NCBI GenBank assembly: GCA_963924565.1
Contig: OZ004615.1
Coordinates: forward strand, 16,802,001 to 16,866,000
Direction of reading: 5' to 3'
Source of the DNA: Ascidiella aspersa
Lineage: Eukaryota
DNA length: 64,000 nt
The translations under genes were made by a program, and so were the position numbers. Under the pieces are notes generated by a model. That model did not search any database and had not been told where the DNA came from. It was given only the letters and a program-made list of their open reading frames with translations. This document shows, piece after piece, positions 39,961-53,367 of the stretch (its first letter is position 1; every line of letters starts with the position of its first letter).

Positions 39961-41585
39961 GTTCCCTTTTTGTTAATTATTGACTTACTTGGAGAAAGTC
40001 TGGCCTTTATTTTTTTTTCATTTGTAACATTCATTAGTTTCAATAAAATATCTGATTTTGCATTATAGCACAGCTGTACTTTAAAGGCAGTGGAGATAAA
40101 CACTTTTTTTTGCTGTACAAATAAGTGACCAACATTGCTTGCTTAACACCAATCACCAAATAAGCTTTTTTATCGTTAGAGATTTGTTTATTCCGTATCA
40201 AAATTATATTTTTGGAGACCATTTGGAGTATTCCAACAAAAAAAACTAATAGGCAAACACATAATAACAGACTACGTTAGAAAAGTCTACCGAAACCACA
40301 GATAAATAATTGAATATCGGATATACATTTATACACACTTGCAAACCGCCTTTGTGTGGTAATCCAATTATCACGCTTTTAAGTTCAAAATAGCTCGAAT
40401 TCCTGAGACTGCGAAGGTCTCCCAAACCACACAAGCAATCTCCTAGAGTCAATATCAACCTACTTTTCAAGTCATGACTTGTTGAATGTTTATGCTGGTG
40501 ATGTTTACTTTTTCTTCTACAAACGTAGCCTGCAACCTCAGCGCCCCGGTGCCTTCACCAGGTGTCGACATAAAAGTTTTACGGCCGTTTTTCGATCATT
40601 CACTGCCACCTCGAAGTTAGTCCAGGCCGCTTAAAGTGTCAACAAGTCCATATTTATTAGTATTCTGTCTACGCGGAAACCGATTTTGCACCCATAGGAT
40701 GTAGGTTGTTTCATGGGGTAAAAATTGTTTGCCAACATTGCGTACATTTATCAATACAAGTAGGCTACTGTAACATATTTTGCCCCTGTGTAAAATATTT
40801 GTGAATACCTGTTCTATTTTAAAATAATTGTCGAAATTTAAATTATTGGTAACAGTGTTGGATGTTTGTCGCTTAGTGGCGCTATAGGTTTAGACTTACT
40901 ACTGACTGGCAATTTTTGCATAGCTGAAAAAAAAAAATTGACCGACTTTGCTAAGATAAGTACCAGAAAAGGCTAAAGTGAATGCAATTTACTATTTAAA
41001 GGACCATTAGCGCTAATTTTAACGGACATTATCACCTAACGAAAAGGTTATTTTCGAAATAACTTGGGAGTCTCCTGATGAAGGCAATGTTTTACCCAAA
41101 ACTTCTCAAAAACGTTAACGAAGCTTGCAAAATGAGTAAATATAATCTATCCAAACCTCTGAACGCCCCGCAATATTCTCTCTGGTCAGATTTAGCTTAA
41201 TGGCTTCAACGCGAAGGGGAACTGGTATGAGTTTAATAAGCCAACGGGCAGTTTTAGATGTTAGTCAAAAACCTATGCCTTTGTGTCGTATATGGCCAAC
41301 GGTAAAAGCGACACATCAGATCAGTTGGCTAATAAACTTAACAAATTAACAGCACAAAGCTTGTGTCAAACGCCCCCTTCGAAATTAGACCTGTAAACAC
41401 AAGGTAAAATATAAGTGGTTTTAATGCGCCGTTTCTGGCTTTCTTCCAGACTCTTAGACTTCGAGTTGGTATTGACGAGATGTTAAAATAACCCATAAAC
41501 TTTATTATTTTTGCGGTGAATTGGCCGTAAGCATTGACTTTAGGGTAATTTTATTAAGTTTACGATTTACAATACGTCATAAAAC

Positions 41586-41935
41586 CACGGGCCTATTCAG
41601 GTTTTTTCTTTGGGGGTACACAAATTTTACGGATGCATCACAAATTTACATCATAACATAACGTCTATGTAATTAAGTTTAGAAAGCCCGTTGTTCTCAT
41701 TTGAAATCGTTCGCATGCCATTGAACTCTAGTCTAATCGCGCAAAAAGATTATACGTGACGCTTAAGTCACAAAAAAGAGATTCGCGTATTGTAAAATCA
41801 GCACAGAAATAACAGCATTTGGTGTTCTACAAGAACAAAAACGTGTTAAAAACGGGTAGAAGCCCCCAAAAAATATTTACAAAGCAAAACTTAGCGAGGC
41901 ATGGACTGGTGTACTGCTGCCTGAATCCACCTCTG
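41586..41935. mobile_element. Degenerate hAT-Tip100-like MITE
   Basis: Imperfect TIR CACGGGCCTATTCAGG / CCTGAATCCACCTCTG; TSD only partly matching. Confidence 0.45.
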
Positions 41936-43522
41936 CACAAACATGACGATAAAAATGAGTTTTGTGAAAAAACACAGCTCGGTCCTGATGCTGACATAGA
42001 AACGATTTTGCCAAGTTGAACTCATACGCAAATAAGTACATTCTATAGTTGTGCACGTTTTTTGTAATACGTAAATGGGTGATTTTAGGTAACGTTTGTT
42101 AACTTACCTATTTTGTAAGCCTGATTTTTGTGAATATCGGGGCCTGTAGTGACAACGGCAAGTTAGCAAGTGGATTTCGCGTAATACAAAAGCACAAGAC
42201 ACTTAGACTAAAAACTTTATTTTGTAAGCCATAATGGGCAAAATAAGGCTTCAAATTGATAGGCGGATATTTAGTGCACACATATTACAAATTCCAGCAG
42301 GCTACTTTATTATTTGCCACATACAAAATATCTATCCAATGGATTGTGAGTGACGTTGCATTCGTTTAAGCATATATTCAAGGAAACGCCGTTATAAGCG
42401 TTGTTGCAATAAAGCAATTATTATTATTGGCGTCGAGGCATTTGACGTTCACCCGAGTTTTGAATGTTATTTGCCTCGCCTTCGCCGAGCGCGGTGCTTC
42501 CTAAGAAATCCCATACTAGTGCGTATGCAAGCTTCGGCGTTCTGCTCGTTCTTAAACTAATTGCCCTGAGAGTAGTGCTCAAAGCTCAACCACAAGAACA
42601 GTTAGTTTAGTTGTAAGCATCCATTTAAACCGCCAGTGTCTGTTCTACAGTCGTATAGTTGTATACCGCATGTCGGAGTTTATACCGTATGACTTTGCGA
42701 AACTTGAAATATGCCACATTAACTCTACCAACATCTAGTTAGTCCTTCAAAGTAATTTTATTTAAATTTCTTAGTCTGAAACCTGAAACGGACATTTATA
42801 CGAATGCAAATATATACATTGAGACAACAAAGGAACTTTGGACGCCCGGGAAAATTTGTTATCATGGCCATTCGTCAAGGGTGATATTTGAGCGTCCCGT
42901 TGCTCATAGCCTTGCGTATGAAGAAATGGAGATTTCGAGGATTGTGTATGGATATCAATGGTTAACTTGATCAACAAAAGCAACATTGCAATCCGGCAAA
43001 CCTCTTTAGCAAACTTCGAAAACTAAAGCACACAAGCACCAGTTTTATCACTAGATCTCGATACAAATATTAGCTAGTCGACCTGAATTGAATTGTACCG
43101 GTAGCAGTTCCTTGTGTGTCAAGGATATCGGTCGACAAAAGTCGGTATGCTCAGTGGTCTACGAAAACAGTAATGCAACAGAATTGCCGTGCTCATGTTC
43201 TGCAAACGATATTAAGGTTACTTAAACGGAAGTAAAGGTAATTTGTTTGTAACATTACACCTCAAAAATCGTATTGGTCGATCGAAGACCCATTTATGCC
43301 GTGCTGTCTCCGGCAAAAGGGCAAGTGTCCGGGCGTTCAGATGCTAATCCCGAGCGCCTCTCTTTCATGCAGCCTTGGCCGGCTCGACGAGAACAATGAA
43401 GTCCTTTTTTCTCTCCTGCGCGCCCCGACTGAGTTCTTATATCGGCTCGACGGGCGATGGAGGGCAGATGAGTTGCGGGGTCTTGTGCAGCAAGTAGCAA
43501 CGGAGAGATGCTCATACACACG

Positions 43523-44668
43523 ATGTCGCCTAGCAGGAGCTTGATTTGGCGGGGTCTTTTGCTGCTTGTGGTGGTCGTGTTTCAGCTAGTCGCCGGCAGG
43601 CAGCGCTACGTGGGGCGCCACTACAAGGCCACCGGGCCGAAGCTGTACCGATACAAGCCGCGTTTTCCTCTGACAAGGCACGGCGTCAAGTTCTACTCGC
43701 GCAAGATCTACTCGAGCCCGACTGGATTCCAGCCTGTGCGCGGTACCACCTTCAACCGCGGATACCCGGCCTCGCCCACCAGCATACGTAAATACGCCGC
43801 CAAGCCGACCAGGCACAACGTAGTGGCGCCCACCTCGATAAACAGCGGGATTCGGCGTCGCATTGGACGGCCGACCTTCAGCATTCCCACCTACCGCCCG
43901 CGAAAGACTTACGTGAGCCATCGGACTCCTCCCATTCGGGTGTACAGCACGTCGTCCAGATTCTCGGTAACGAACAGAGTGACGCCGTACGGGACGATGG
44001 GCTACTCATCGCCCTACCCCTATTCCCGCGTTCCAACCAAGCCGTACGCCCCGACCAGAAACTACGTGTCCTCGTCGCCTAAAAGCTACGCGCCGCCGAG
44101 CACACGGAAATACGTTACACCAACCACTAAAAAGTACGCGACTCCGACCAGCAAAAAATATCGAACTGTTCCGCTCGTCGTTTCCCAGCCCAGCGTTCAA
44201 ACGGTGACGCGTGGCTCGGGTCGCGGCAACCGCGTCGACCCGGATTTGATCGCCAATTTCCGGCCGAGAAACGCTAAGCTCACCGGGAGGTCGCCGGCGT
44301 CCAACGAGATCGAGTCGTCGCGTTCGTTTGACGTGACACCGACGTCCAAGCACTTGCATCACAAGGTGACGACGCGCAAGCAGTCCTACGCGCCGACCAA
44401 ACCCGCCTCGGTGTTAAGGATCCAAACGACCTCAATGGCCGAAGCACAGAATCTCGTCAAGGGTCTCGGCGGCGGATTCAAGGTGTCATTTGTGAAGACG
44501 CACCCCAATCACGTGGCACTGCTGAACGGCATCCAACAGAGTTCCGACGATGACGACCACGACTCTCTGCGACCCAGGTCCGCTTCAATTGCGAACAACT
44601 CGCGAAAAGCCGAATCGTCCGCGCGGAGAGATACCTCCGAAATACACAAGGCTTGGTGGAAAGGGTAA
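43523..44668 (+). CDS. Secreted, highly basic, Cys-free Tyr/Arg/Lys/Pro/Thr/Ser-rich protein (single-exon ORF or first coding exon)
   Basis: ~380-codon GC-rich ORF in an AT-rich background. Signal peptide MSPSRSLIWRGLLLLVVVVFQLVAG (in-frame upstream ATG at 43508); imperfect 8-aa Tyr repeats. The stop TAA lies inside a consensus donor GG|GTAAGT at 44665, so the gene may continue. Confidence 0.8.
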   Translation: MSPSRSLIWRGLLLLVVVVFQLVAGRQRYVGRHYKATGPKLYRYKPRFPLTRHGVKFYSRKIYSSPTGFQPVRGTTFNRGYPASPTSIRKYAAKPTRHNVVAPTSINSGIRRRIGRPTFSIPTYRPRKTYVSHRTPPIRVYSTSSRFSVTNRVTPYGTMGYSSPYPYSRVPTKPYAPTRNYVSSSPKSYAPPSTRKYVTPTTKKYATPTSKKYRTVPLVVSQPSVQTVTRGSGRGNRVDPDLIANFRPRNAKLTGRSPASNEIESSRSFDVTPTSKHLHHKVTTRKQSYAPTKPASVLRIQTTSMAEAQNLVKGLGGGFKVSFVKTHPNHVALLNGIQQSSDDDDHDSLRPRSASIANNSRKAESSARRDTSEIHKAWWKG

Positions 44669-47600
44669 GTGCGTTTAATTTTATTTTCACCGCTTTGAAC
44701 CCCTTATAGTTCTATTTATGAACAGAAAATATTTTGGTATCTTGATTATTGCAGAAGCAGAATTACTGTACAACGACAATCTTCTTTTTTTATACAGCAG
44801 AAGTAAGGGTAAAAAAACAAACAAACTATAGGAAAATGTTTTGCAGATTCACACCCTGAATATTTAGTGTTATCCATATTTTTTTTAAATGGGAAACATT
44901 GATAAAAAATGATTAGACCTCCTGCCTTTTCCAAAAAACATTTGACTCGATCTGAGGTCTCATGCCAAAAAGTCGATAAAAATATATTTTTGTTACAACA
45001 TACATAGGGAAGCGCAAAATGCAAACTCTCTTAAAAGACAACGTATGGTAGCCCCACGTTTATTGAAGCTGGATTTTGTCAACACTCCAATTATGATTTT
45101 TCCAATTTTTTAAAAAACATGCTTCTTTTCTGTGCAGTTGTGTAATGTAATCCCGTGTATACAGAATGTTTAAGCCAAGCATGTCGCGATGAGGTTTTTA
45201 AAATAAGGTAAAAATTCCTCGACTATAACGATGGAAAAAATATTAAAGCACCAACAGTTGGTCCAGGAAAATCAAATTAAGGTATTTCGGTAAAACAACA
45301 TTCCCTTTCATGTTCTAATTGCAAAGTGAAGACACATTTTGACTTTTAAGTTTCGCTGCATTCGGTTTTGCACGTAACAAAACTACTTTAGTTAACGTTG
45401 ATATGTTCAGCAAACAACTTTTGAATTAGTAAATCATAGAACAAATAAAATATGTCAACACCAAGCATAGTAATGCAATCAGTGCTAAAGCCTTAAAAGA
45501 GGAATAACATGGCGTTAAAGTTGTATTTTGCCTTGGCTTGAATCCAAATAACTATCCACAACTTTGATTGGCGTGAAGTCTTTTCAACATTCTGGCCAAA
45601 TATTTTCCCACTCACACCCGACACAGAAGAGGCTTTCTTCATAAAATTTTGATCGCTAGTTTTACTTGCAAGCAATTAATTGTTAAGATTAGAACGATTT
45701 GTGATGAGTTGTGCCCTGCCAAGTATCAATAGAGCTGCGGATGAGCATTAGAATTAAAGCAACCGCGTTACAAATCCTCATTAGTTTTATATTTCCCAAT
45801 CGTGAACAACGACACTAAATTCTCCCATTCATACCGATGTAAATTTGTTTTATCTTGCAGCGCAAATTTGCTTAGTTTTTCTATTTATCGCAAACTAAAG
45901 GCATGGAAATTTCGTAGAGTTGCGCTATCCTTATATCGCCCTATGGCCTTCGGTCATGCCCGGGTTCACTCGGAATGCGCTTTTTGTTGGTGGCTAGCAG
46001 GGGTCGTGCCATGAAAGCCCACTGTCCCCAGGATTTTAATGCCTGCTAAGCTTGGCGTATCTACTTCTAAGAGGGTCAAAACTTCACTGCTGACTATCGT
46101 TCTGGAAAAAAATCTTGGTCTTTTAAATCCTAATCGCTGCAAAGCGGGATTTAAGAAAATTTTGTTTAGTTTGAAGCGTTTTTTGGAGACTGCAGGACAA
46201 ACCTATCCTCATTTGTTCGGCATCCGTTTGTATATATTGAAAAACTTGGAAAAAAATTTATACTGAAAAATGTATCCTACTCTTTTAAAAAAGAGACTCT
46301 TTTAAAAAAGAGTAGAATAAGGGAAGCAACAAAATGCTAACAGTCCTCTAACCGAGTAACCTAAAACCCAACAATATTATTTTACAACCAAAATTTGAAA
46401 AAAAAAAGCAGAGCATAAAATAACTCTTTTATAGAACGTTCATTTTTCAGCGTAACGATATTTAACAAAATTCTGACGTCCTAACACGCAAAAAGCATTT
46501 AATTACAACCTGCCTAATTAATAGGATAGCAATATACATTTTTGGTGGCACCTTTAGACGAGAAAAAATATTGCTCCGTCGATTTAAAAGGGATTTCAAC
46601 CGACTTGAAGCAATATTTAGAATTGTTGAATTTGTCGCTTCATCGGGTTGTTTACTAATTATGAAACCTCAACTTTGTGATTAGGACAAGTGAAGAATAT
46701 TATCTACAAGCACATTCTCTTAAGTTTAAGAAGTGAACCAATTTTAAGATCGGATAAATGTAATGAGTTTACTGGTATTAAACTCGTAATTTACAAATAA
46801 CTAACAATTTATATAGACTCATTGAGTAACAGTCGCGCAAGAGCTGTAAAATTGACTCATTTGTTTAATGTTCAACGACATGTGTATAATATACGTTTGA
46901 CGTTTTAGGATAGTAATGTTCTAACTTTACTGAATTAATGTCAACTCAGCTTTCGACTTGGTTCAACTTGCCAAAAAGGCTGTTTTACTGTTGTTTTGCT
47001 CCTCAATTCATTGACTGTTATTAATTTCTTACTCGTTAATTATGTTTTTTACCAAAGCGACAACGTTTCCTTTCAAAGTTTAAATGACAGAAAGCCAACG
47101 TGCATTTGAAATGCGTCTACAATTTGTCAGTGAAATAGCTATTCCACTTAAAGTACACCAGTTTAGATATTCTTTTAAGCCCATGCAAAATTTAAATTGA
47201 CGTTATGCCTATGTAAATTGAGACTGCGTTTATGGTAAATTCGCTCTTAAATTTCACGCTGCTAATGGGACGCGAACGTTGCAGACAACGATTCTCCAAA
47301 GTAGCTGTTCGGAAGAGGAAAATGTGTTTTTATACATTTGATATATGGTATGAAAATGCTATTTTCACTCAGCTCAATGACTAATAACTACTAACTACAG
47401 GACGAAATCCTAATAATGTTTAGCATGTTAGATACTCCGCTATGTGTACTTGTGTTATAGTGTTCTTACAGAATAAACTTCTCAGAGATCCAAGAGGTCC
47501 ATAGGGCAAAAAAGTCGAGAGCAGCCGATTTAGGGTTTGTCTATTGCTCGTGTGACCGTGCGAGTGCCCTTCCGTCAATGGTTCGATTCGAGGCTTGTTT

Positions 47601-50600
47601 CTCGTCAAGTTAGGTTGGGCTCATCGCCAAGGCCACAAATTGACACGGGCCGGCCCAACCTTGTCAAACAAGCGCCGCTTTTACCACACAGCTAAGATAA
47701 ATCGGCAAACGGCGGTTCGACGAACGACCATGGGAAATTCAAGTCGATATTTTTCAGACGACCGTCGTTAACTTGCCCGTCTGGCACTTCGTCTTAAAAG
47801 ATTTCACTTAAGAGATCCTTTTTCGGGCAGGAAATCAAACTGCGCCGACCAGGATCCGTGATTGTTTGCAGTGAATTGACCTCTTGGTAAATGATAACAG
47901 TAATTCTTTAGACTACACGTGGCGATGCACGTTGTGTCGAAACGCTGTTTTTAGGCAATGATGCAAAGGCTTGTGCCAGTATTTAATTACACTCGGTCTT
48001 AAAATAATATTTAGTTGGTCGAACATATTGTATAGAAAATAAAGCAACAAAGTCCCGTGACTCTCGCGTTACGTTAAAACTGCAAGTTTCCCATATTTAA
48101 AGCAACCCTTGGGCAAAACATTTTTTCTCGTTTTTAGCATTTTTTCTTGTAGCGCCAAATGTTAAAATTTGGGCAGTTCATCTGAAAAAACAACAACTTG
48201 TGTTACGAAATAACAAAAACAAGTAATAGCACCTAATAAATAGGCTTTAGGTGTTGGTTGCACCATGTCCTACATGGCAACGTCACGATAACATTAGATT
48301 GACAGAACGAGAAATCCGACAATGTTTATAAACGCTCTCAGCTTGAGTGGCAAAGCGGATGTAACATTAACCACACGCTTCAAAGGTTACATTCGCCGTA
48401 AACCATTGTTAATCCTGCTGCGACCGGACCTTCGACGTTTTGTAATCCTGGCCACAATTACGTACCAAACGCAGAGCTTGAAAACAGCACAATGACGCCA
48501 GGAAGATTGCAGCTTGCAAGCCCGGGGCGAGATACGGCTGCAAAATAATCAAAACAAACAAAAGGTTGTGCGCATCGTCACAATGGCGACGGCTGTCCTT
48601 ATCTAAATAAGTTTGACCAACGTTTTATACTTCAATTGCACTCACGCAATGTTTAAATGTGCCTTTTAAAATATTTTCGTCACCTTCTATGTTTCGGCAC
48701 AAAACGCATATTATTTAGTGCTTTGACCCCAAATTCAATTTTAGTTTTAAGCGACATATATACTGATTTAATAAATAGTTAGTTGTGCGAACAGTTTCCA
48801 TTTGTTTTTCGTTATTTTTGTTAAGTTGGCATTTCAACGCTATTCGACTGAAAATCTGATTGCATTTCATTGTTTGTTTCAGAAAAGCGACAAAAATCAT
48901 ATATTAAACAGCAGAAAGAAAACAGTTGAACATTCAACATTATTTTAACACATAATTAAGTCAAACAGCTCTACACTGTAATAGAATAATATCAGAGCAC
49001 GAGAGTTGCAAAAGACCAATAAAAGAGAAACAGTTTTGCAACAAAATTTGCGTCGCTTTTCTGCTCTCTTGACCCCGCACTTGCTGCGGCGTCTCCAAGA
49101 TCTTATCTGGGTGTCAGATTTCCCGAGAAAGAGACCGCGCAATATAGTTATGCAGCCAAAAATGCCGTTAAGAGGATTAGTCCTCAATAGGTATTGCTGA
49201 CGACAGGCTTTTCAACACCTATTTGTAATTATATCATAGTTTGTTAGTTTGCGCTACGAAGCCAATTATTCGTTGTAAATTTTTGTACATAACCGACAGA
49301 AGGGAAAGGTGTTATTGTAATGAATTCAATGCCATCCTTTACATATTAAGGCTTCCTTGACATAATTATGGGTTTTAAAGAAAAGAGAATTTTACTTTGC
49401 CTTTGAACCCAGTGACCTTGACCTGTAACCTTTGCTCTCGCTTTGATGTAAGTCACCTTTACCGAGTTGATTGCCTAAAGCTAAGGTGACGCCTCCGACT
49501 GTGCCGCAAAATAATGTGTTTGCGGACATCATTTTTTTATATAACAAAGTAGGATGGTAAAGACCAATTCAGAAAGCAACTTAGTGATTTTGCAACAAGT
49601 GCAAACCTTAGTTGGCCTTGGCACCAACTTCTCTGTCCAATAGTGATCAAGTAGTGCACTTTTACCTAGTTTTCAAGTTAGCAAACTTTCCCTTCTAGAA
49701 AGAAAGTAAAGTTGTTCTAAAAAAAATCTATTCAGTGTATATCTACCCTTTAAACAACGTAACCTTATTTGACATCATCAGAGCTGTTTCGTAACGCGGT
49801 TGCGCAGTGGTTAGCAATGTGCGACATGTAAACAGGGAAAAGGCGTCACATGCGAGGTTTTGCGGCAGGTTTCCGGAACCTTGCGGCGGATCAGCGACGC
49901 GATTCACACGACACACGACAAGACCGCAAATGTGAAACGCGACAGTCGAGATTGGATTTCAAATTCCTATTTTGTTTTGCCAATTATTTGCCGCGACCTA
50001 AATCACATATTTGCCATGATGGCCTCGAAATGACGTCGATTTTTGCGAATATATAACTGTCGTACACGTTGAAACAAACAAATGTTGTACCCATGCAGCA
50101 AATTACCTTATAATTGGTGTTTAAGACACAAGACGTTGTTTGTGAAGCGTTTTACAGTTTTCATGATTTAGATTGAAACGTTTCGCCAACACGATAATGA
50201 TGCGGCATGTTGCGATTTAAAGGCAATAATGTACTTTTGGCTTTGTTCTTTGATGTAAATTACTTTAATACAGGTTACGGGAGATAACCAGCCTCCCCTG
50301 TCACAAAAATATACACATAGTGTTTTTTCTATGTTCTTTAAGGTTAGCGCTTACTATTCAAATAAGTAAAACCAACCTGGACAGCATGTAATAAAATCCC
50401 ACAACATAACATAAAATCCATTATTAACAGCGTCATGGCAAATACAGCGTTTGGCGCTTATCAATTGATCGATGCCTATGATTTTGCTCAGTGCTTGTTG
50501 GTGTAAATACGGCAAGTATGACGAATTGCGAAGAAAAAGGTGCGGAGTTTATAGATAACCTAATATTGTTAACGCGCCATTTGTTCTTTTGATTTAATTT

Positions 50601-50813
50601 TATAAAAGTGTGCTATTCACTTTGTCAATGTAATAATTTTATCCTGTTGTAGCAGTTTTTTATTACGGTAATTATAAGGTAAAGCGTCGCAAAATCCTCT
50701 ACATGTCACGAAATCGTCATGAAAATCTCAAATCTGATAAGCAGGGAAAACTTAAATGTTTCGTAATACACGATAAAGCATGCATTGCACCAGTAGAGGT
50801 AAAACAATGTCTA

Positions 50814-50964
50814 AGACGTAATAAGAATATCAAAGCCCGTTCAGAAGTAGATATCATTGAACGTTTGGAATAACTCTTTATTCAATGAATATGATACCTA
50901 TTCTGTACGGGCTTTTATATTCTTATTACGTCTTACTACAAACTCCAACCATTATGCTCCAAAA
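50814..50964. mobile_element. Palindromic MITE, partial copy 2
   Basis: AAGACGTAATAAGAATATCAAAGCCC...GGGCTTTTATATTCTTATTACGTCTTACTACAAACTCCAACCATTATGCTCCAAAA. Confidence 0.85.
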
Positions 50965-53130
50965 TGGGTGTCTAATTCTTTCCCCTCCACCCAGAGCAAA
51001 AAACACGTTGTCATCGTCAACATACAAACCGGTTTAACTAATTAAAAACGTGATGCACGCTTGCGCAATAACTGATTGGCATTGGTTCGATTGATCGGCG
51101 TCAACATTCGCAATTGGTTTTGCGGCGAAACTTGAGTAAGATTGCCATGGAGAGTTTGTGCCGTTCGGCTTAAAAAACAAAACCCCGACAGTAGCGGCAT
51201 TCTGGCGATTGACTCACCTCGCGCGAAGGACCGGGTCGAGCCGTACCTGAGCTCCAATGGATTAGTCCCGAGGTTTCCGGTGAAGAGCTCCAATCGAGAG
51301 GTTTGCGAAGTGACTCAAGGCCCGCGTCCAACTTTCGCCGCGATTCGGTTTCCTTGTTCTCGAGACTTCATTGTGGCCGCTTTAGCCTGCAAAAAGAGCC
51401 TGGCCCCCTTTTTTGAGCCACAAATTTAAACTTCTTAAAAGTATATCGCTCTTTTGCTAATCAGAGCGACCACGTAAACTGACAAATGTTGCATACTATG
51501 TTAAGCACTTTGAAAAAACATTGCGATATCAGAGGCGTACAATACTGTATGAAAGTAAACTATATTGAGAAAGTCAGTTTGTTGCGTAACTGGCCCACAA
51601 CGGGCTGGTATAAAGACGTGAATGCGCGGTGGAAAAGGGGGACACAGACGCTTTTCGAGGCGGCCGCGTATACAGCGGCCTAAATAGCGACCGCCAATTG
51701 GCCGCAGGTATGCACGATTGAAATCAGATCGGGTTAGATTTTACTTCAGTAAAACCTTTCGGGACTGGTAGGCTACAGCTCTTGAAGAGAAATTGTAGTT
51801 TGATTTTAATTTTTTTTTTAACCACTGCGCAATTTTTCCTTCCATCTACGGGCAATCTTGGACCGTTTTATGTTCCTCCCACATTGCTCTGATGCCTTAC
51901 CGATCTTGCTTAAATAGAGGAATCGAGTACGCAAATACGCGCAATTTTGAACTTTAAGCGTAACGAAACATTTTGTGCATTGAGTCATACGTAATCAGAG
52001 TATCAACTGCTAACCGGCCAGATCCGATATTATCGGACATCCGTAATGTGAATCGGGAAAAGATTAATGCGATGGAGATTATCGATGTTGCAATATGGTG
52101 AACGAAAAAATTGTTTTAAGGCTGAACAGATTTATGGATGCTTTGTGAAAAGTTACATGTGATTCGACGTTTACACACTGGACAGTTAAAATTCCGAATT
52201 TCAAACCTGCTTGAAAATACCAATAAAGCCGATATTCCAGATATAAAATAATTTGAATTCGAGATAACAAATACGTCAGCATCTGTTCCAAACTTGCGAA
52301 ACGTTTGGCGGATTTTTTCATCTCGCTTCTTTGATGTTGGCGTTGTGCCATCAACCGACGACTAACGAGCAAACAAGCCGTACGTCTGTTACTGGAACTC
52401 CAGCGCTGTACTTTCACGCCTCTTGTGCGGCTGCGTGTGTGTTTAGGTGTGGACCCACTTGGCTCGGCGAAGCGGGCACGACAACGGCGTGGTGACGCCT
52501 TTTAGAGTTCACGATCGCGGTGCGCCGCTGAGCTTTCATGTCGATCGCCCGTTGCGACCTTTAAGTGTACTACACACGGTTAGAGGATTGTGGCTCGCAA
52601 CGAAAGTGCCTGTCTTTTTCTTTTGTTGCACTGTCGATTCTACTGGAATTTGGGGAATTCGTTTTCGGCGAAAAACAGTTCGCGCCATCTCGTTTAGATT
52701 CGGTGACGCACGACTTCGTGTAGGTATTGTGCTTTCTTGTATTTCGCTCAAAAAGACACACCCGAAAATATTTTGCAACGTTCTAGCGCCCTGTTTTCTT
52801 GCATTAATACTCTGACATGGCATCTAGCCCTTCACGCTGGACCGTTAAGTTATTCCGCTAATGCTATACCTTTTTTCAATTTTCCCGAAAAATATAGTTT
52901 GACCTTAAGTCCTTTGCAACACTTAACTATAAATATTGCTGCGTCGACAAGAATGTCAAACACTATTTGAATAACGACAAAAAACAAATAAATCCCCACT
53001 TGTATTTTTTCGTTATTGTCGTTCGTGCGATTACTCGACTTTAATGTAACTAAATCAAAGGGATTTTCAGTCAAAAATGTTACACTTTGAAAGTTAAAAT
53101 ACGTCAATCCAAATACCGTAATTTGTTTCT

Positions 53131-53367
53131 ATTTTTTGGAGCATAATGGTTGGAGGTTGTAGTAAGACGTAATAAGAATATCAAAGCCCATACAGAAGTA
53201 GGTATCATCTTGAACGTTTCGAATAACTCTTTATTCATTTTCAACGTATCTTTATTCATTTTCAACTTTATTCATTTTTCAACATAGCTATGTTGAAAAT
53301 GAATAAAGAGTTATTCGAAACGTTCAAAATGATACCTACTTCTGTATGGGCTTTGATATTCTTATTA
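53131..53367. mobile_element. Palindromic MITE, copy 3 (complete left arm and centre)
   Basis: TTTTGGAGCATAATGGTTGGAGGTTGTAGTAAGACG..., centre of symmetry CAACATAGCTATGTTG, then a truncated inverted arm; internal TTTATTCATTTTCAAC slippage repeats. Confidence 0.88.

Noticed and set aside
41075-41102. Second hammerhead-like motif CTGATGAAGGC...CCCAAAAC
   Set aside because: GAAA core and stem II are broken; at most a decayed remnant.
47575-47595. GGTTCGATTC B-box-like motif (tRNA/SINE)
   Set aside because: No A box, cloverleaf or second copy.
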